A stretch of 64,000 nucleotides of DNA from Mustelus asterias (Eukaryota): contig NC_135802.1 in assembly GCF_964213995.1 (NCBI RefSeq), forward strand, positions 150,474,001 through 150,538,000. The letters run 5' to 3'. The position numbers and the translations under genes were made by a program. Position 1 is the first letter of the stretch. Each line of letters opens with the position of its first letter. This document shows, piece by piece, positions 59,620 to 64,000 of this stretch. The notes below the pieces were generated by a model. That model had not been told where the DNA came from. It was given only the letters and a program-made list of their open reading frames with translations, and did no database searches.

Positions 59620-60080
59620 CATGCAAAGTTGTCCGGGTTAGGTTCATTGGCCATGCCAGATTGTCCGTTAGTGTCAGGGCGTGGGTAGGGCCTGAGTAGA
59701 ATTGTTGGGGAGGGTTCGATGGGCCAAATGGCCTACTTCTGTTTTTTCATTTATTTATTAGTGTCAAAAGTAGGCTTACATTAACACTGCAATGAAGTTA
59801 CTGTGAAAATCGCCTAGTCACCACACTCCGGCGCCTGTTCGGGTACACTGAGGGAGAATTTAGCATGGCCAATCCACCTAACCAGCACATCTTTCGGACT
59901 GTAGGAGGAAACCGGAGCACCTGGTGGAAACCCACGCAGACACGGGGAGAACATGCAGACTCCGCACAGATGGTGACCCAAGCCGGGAATCGAACCCGGG
60001 TCCCTGACGCTGTGAGGCAGCTAACCACTGTACCACCGTGCCGGCCACACTATAGGGATTCTGCACTGTAGAGATTCTAT
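59620..60080. mobile_element. HE1 3' fragment (+) interrupted by an alternative-tail V-SINE (59750-60045, -)
   Basis: HE1 tail aatggcctacttctg resumes as ctgcactgtagagattctatg at about 60061. Confidence 0.8.
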
Positions 60081-60380
60081 GCAAAATAATTGTACGTCAC
60101 CAGAGCCAGTCTTTGCCCAGAGAGTGTTGTCAGGCAAGTCAACATCTAAGGTTAGACAACAGATGAGGATTGTGTAGCAGGAGCCTTGAGATATAAAATG
60201 TTCAATCAGCAGTGTCACTGGAAAAGAAATGACTCGCCTTTATCAACTGTACAATGAGGGAAATGTCCAATGTGGGAGAATCACTCTGCAATGTGAAGTG
60301 CAAGAACCTGTTGAAAAGATTCCCAATTCCTGCGGATGATTATCAATGAAATGGCTTTTGTGTATCTGATTTCCTTTTAG

Positions 60381-60563
60381 AAAATCCTGACCATGATTCC
60401 CAGTGAAGAGGAAAAGCAGAAGATCCAAGAGGCCCAGCTACTGAATCCCGACATTCCTTTGGGTTCCGCAGAGCAGTTTCTACTAACCCTGTCTTCCATT
60501 AGTGAACTCTCAGCCAGACTCCAACTCTGGGCCTTCAAGCTAGACTATGAGACAGTAGAGAAG
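60381..60563 (+). CDS. FHOD3: FHOD3 FH2 exon (183 nt) [20 protein letters not shown]...[13 protein letters not shown]
   Basis: Acceptor ccttttag|AAA, donor AAG|gtaact, phase 0-0. Confidence 0.97.
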
Positions 60564-61981
60564 GTAACTCCCATCTAGAAACAAAGTAATTTGTTATATG
60601 TACAGCAGTCGGTTAACAGCATGGATTACGATGTCCATTCAGATAGCCAAATCATGTATCATGGGACCCTGAGGACTTTGTTGCTCGTACCATGGATATA
60701 AACAGAAATTATTATTTGTTGCTATCAGTAAGGAATACTAATGGGGCATGATGTTGGTTTCCTCCACTGATAATGAGGTGCAGGATAATTATGTGTAACT
60801 GTACTAATGGAGAAACATGTCAAGAGATGTACATTTGAGCAGGACAATGATTGCAAAGTTGGTTTTAATGTATTCACTTTAACCCCTCACACGTTTATTG
60901 GTTGCTGAGGGAATAGTTAACCTTTAAGGGACAGCATTCTACAATGTCAATAATGGCGACTATAGTTTGTGTCATGAGTTATAAATGTAGTTCCCTGAAA
61001 ATGGCCAGTGTTCACTCTTGAATAGTTGATGGCACAAACTGTGTGAAAATGCTAAACCTTAAGGAATTCCAAATGATGGAGTCGTTTGCGTGGTCTGTCA
61101 GTTTAAGAGTTTGCCGAGGTTATGGGGCAAGGTTTTGTTGAAAATACTTAGGCTGTGTAGGATCCATTCATTCCTCTGAATAGACCGAGGGCACTTGGTA
61201 TGACTTTAAATATTATTTATTGAATATAACTCGAAATTTTAAAAAATTACAGAAAGCAAAAAAGAGAGAGAAGGGGAGGGGGGGCCGGATTACAGACTTG
61301 AATTCAAAACCCCGCGGCATTCGACTGAACAACAACTGACCTACAGATAGCAGTTACCACAATATAGCTTGTTGGTTATCTCCAGTTAGTCTCCAGTTTT
61401 CCAAAAACAATTCACAGCTGTGTCCATGAAAGCTTGTTTATGACAAAAACCATTTCTGTTAAATTGCACTTCCAAATGTAGTCAATTTCTAAGCTAAACT
61501 CAGAATTCCGAGCTGAGTTTTAAAGTGTGGCCAATTTAGCTTTAGTTAGCTTTAAAGCATAGCTTTATTATTATTGAAGGCAGAAATAGCTTAGAATGAA
61601 GTCTTTTAACTAAAGCAAACCATACAGAGGATCCCACAAGCTGGAATGTTAGAGCCATTCCAGCCGGCAGGATTTTCCCAGCCTGCTGCAGTGAACAGAG
61701 ATTTGACAGAGTGCCAGATTCTCTGACTTCTCGGCGGCTGGAGCGTGGCTTGAGTGGCTGGTAAGATCACACCCTTAGCGTATTCCAGCCAGGAAATGAT
61801 ACAAAAAATTCCTTTCACTAGCTTGCTTTTGCAATGAACAGCTGGCGTCTTGCTATAGTCTAGCTTCGGAGACTTCGGTCTATAAATGTTAGCTATATTG
61901 CATGATGATAGATAGATAAATTGTGCAGTACGTCGAATGTTTTGACCTTGGAGGTATGGCATGTTCATGTTCTTCTTACAG

Positions 61982-62101
61982 GAAGTTGCAGAGCCTTTAC
62001 AGGACTTGAAAGAAGGAATGGACCAGTTAGAGAACAATAAAACTTTAAGATATATCCTGGCAACACTACTGGCTATAGGGAACTTCCTAAATGCATCAAA
62101 T
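61982..62101 (+). CDS. FHOD3: FHOD3 FH2 exon (120 nt) [40 protein letters not shown]
   Basis: Acceptor cttacag|GAA, donor AAT|gtaagt; contains the formin GNFLN motif. Confidence 0.97.
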
Positions 62102-62294
62102 GTAAGTTTGAGTGTCGTCTTTTTCTGGTTTATTCCTTATTACTTTATCGTAAGGACATCATAGGAAGAGCCCTTTGATTTCTTGTTAAAAGGCGTTGCA
62201 TTAGCTATCTCGTTACAATTTTAGACACACCAACTGTTGCAAAATAATCTTCCTCCCTGTCACATACCCAATGTTACAAATTAGCTTTCTTTAA

Positions 62295-62680
62295 ATTCAT
62301 TTGTGGCACATGGGCATCGTGGTTGGGCAGCATTTATTGCCCATCCCTAGTTGCCCTTGAATTGAGTGGCTTGCTAGGGCATTTCCGAGGGCAGTTGAGA
62401 GTCACCCACAGTGCTGTGGTCTGGAGTCACATGTAGGCCAGGCCGGGTATGGACGGCAGATTTCCTTCCCTAAAGGACATTAGTGAACCAGATTGGTTTT
62501 TCTGACATTTGACAATTGTTTCGTGGTCATCAGTAGATTCTTAATTCCAGATTTTTTTTTTAAAAATCGAATATGAATTCCACCATCTGCCGTGACGGGA
62601 TTGGAACCCGGGTCCCCAGAACGTTAGCTGAGTTTCTGGATTAATAGTCTAGCGATAATACCGCTAGGCCATCAGTTCCC
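62295..62680 (-). mobile_element. Family-2 tRNA SINE
   Basis: Full-length reverse copy. Confidence 0.88.
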
Positions 62681-63079
62681 CTGTAATTGTTCACAGCACA
62701 GAAGGATGTTTGGTCCCGGATGCCTGTTCTGAAACCTTCTAAGAGCAGACCCTCTCCCCATAGCTACGATTCTTGTTCCAATTCAGTAGTTAATCCAAAT
62801 TTCCCTTGAAGTATAACATGTTGGAATTTTCTCTGAAAGTGAATAAACTCTGCCAGCTATTCATTAGACTAGCAGCTCACCTATAAACTTCTCATGGACT
62901 TTTGCATGGCTAGTTGTCATCAGCTAAATATTCAAACAGTGCAGCTCTGTCAGTGGAGCATCTTAGACCTGTGTGAACAGGATAAGTAGCTGTGTAATCT
63001 CTTAACTAATCAGTTTGAAGAATAGGTAGTAAGCATCACAAAGTCTGAATTAGGAAGCATCAAAGTCAAACCAAGTCAG

Positions 63080-63180
63080 ACAAAAACAGAAAATGCTGGA
63101 AAATCTCAGCCGGTCTGACAGCATCTGTGGAGTGAGAATAGAGCCAATGTTTTGAGTCAGGATGCCCCATCATCAGAGCT
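63080..63180 (-). mobile_element. Penelope-like family B single arm
   Basis: Matches 13350-13445; minus strand reads agct-ctgatga-tggggc-atcct-gactc-aaaacatt-ggct. Confidence 0.7.
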
Positions 63181-63834
63181 AAAAGTGAGATAATGGAGAG
63201 AAGGAGTAAATTTGGAGAGAGAGCGATCAAAAAATAAAGTTAAATCAACAATTAAACTCTGAAGGAATGGGACTCCAAACTTGTAAAAGTTACCTTTTGG
63301 TTCCAGAGAGATGGCAGTAATTAAGACTTGCCACACTGTTAAAAGGGATGGTCCAGAATCTTCATGCTGTACGATACAATTGAATGGACAGCTCAGATTA
63401 TGAGATGTTCGTGCACCTCAAAGAGGAGTGGTGCACCTTAAACCAGAACTTCCATGTCAAACCACTCGTGCACACCGGTGGGCTTACTCTCTGATTGGCA
63501 GATGAATAACGATGAACTCTGCTAACCGTGCGAATATTTTCACTGCAAAGTGCAGTCTATAATACTCCCTACATAATCTGAGAGAGAAAAGCTGCAGAGA
63601 GAGCATAGTGTAAACTCACCAGCACAATTCCCAGGGGAGGGGAGCTATAATAATGAGTTGAACAACTCTTGCTGTAAGACAAAAAGAAACAGATTTATAA
63701 AAATATGAAGTGGTTTGATTGTGTGAAGCGGAAGAGACTATTTTAGTGACGAGCAGTTATCAATGTAATATTCGCACTAACAGAATAAAGAAATTGGATA
63801 GCAATAATTTCTTTGGAGATTGGTAGGATTATAC

Positions 63835-64000
63835 AACACATAAGGAGGACATTTCAGCCCATGGTGCCTGTGCCAGTTCTTTGAAAGAGCTATCTAATTA
63901 GTTCTACTCCCCAGCTCGTTGCCTGTCGCTCTGCAAATATTTCCTTTTCCTGCATTAATCCAATTCCCTCCTAAAAGTTGATATTGAATCTGCTTCCATC
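63835..64000 (-). mobile_element. CR1 3' end fragment
   Basis: ggaggacatttcagcccatgg tail and attgaatctgcttcca, the reverse of the motif at 35495-35510. Confidence 0.55.

Larger units (their letters stand above)
2123..62101 (+). other. FHOD3: FHOD3 gene, partial (8 internal exons; 5' and 3' ends outside window)
   Basis: Eight exons with ag/gt boundaries and matching phases (2,2,2,1,1,0,0,0,0) give 2017 nt of open frame. Peptides match recalled vertebrate FHOD3 ([67 protein letters not shown]). Confidence 0.97.

Noticed and set aside
1-64000. CRISPR arrays, operons or other prokaryotic systems
   Set aside because: Sequence is spliced vertebrate DNA; repeats are dispersed retroelements with no repeat-spacer periodicity.

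Overview
Vertebrate genomic DNA, almost certainly from a shark (elasmobranch), judged by dense HE1-type V-SINEs and CR1 LINEs. The only host gene is the middle of FHOD3 (formin homology 2 domain containing 3) on the + strand. Eight GT-AG exons (2123-2257, 4164-4214, 14340-14551, 30677-30952, 36765-37645, 54345-54503, 60381-60563, 61982-62101) splice in frame to about 672 codons covering the E/R-rich coiled coil, the acidic region, FH1 and the N-terminal part of FH2. Start and stop codons lie outside the window. The introns carry a young 5'-truncated CR1 with one frameshift, Rex/Babar-like, L2 and a second CR1-superfamily LINE, about 30 V-SINE copies with two alternative tails, a second tRNA-derived SINE, a Deu-domain SINE and TIR MITE-like elements. 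Two signals stand out: (1) small palindromic Penelope-like insertions with target-site duplications that carry minimal hammerhead-ribozyme motifs on both strands, with stem covariation between subfamilies; (2) four inverted duplications of non-repeat-looking sequence within about 15 kb around the 276-nt exon, one pair bracketing that exon. Repeat boundaries are read by eye and approximate unless a TSD is cited. Identities are by-eye estimates and no database searches were run.
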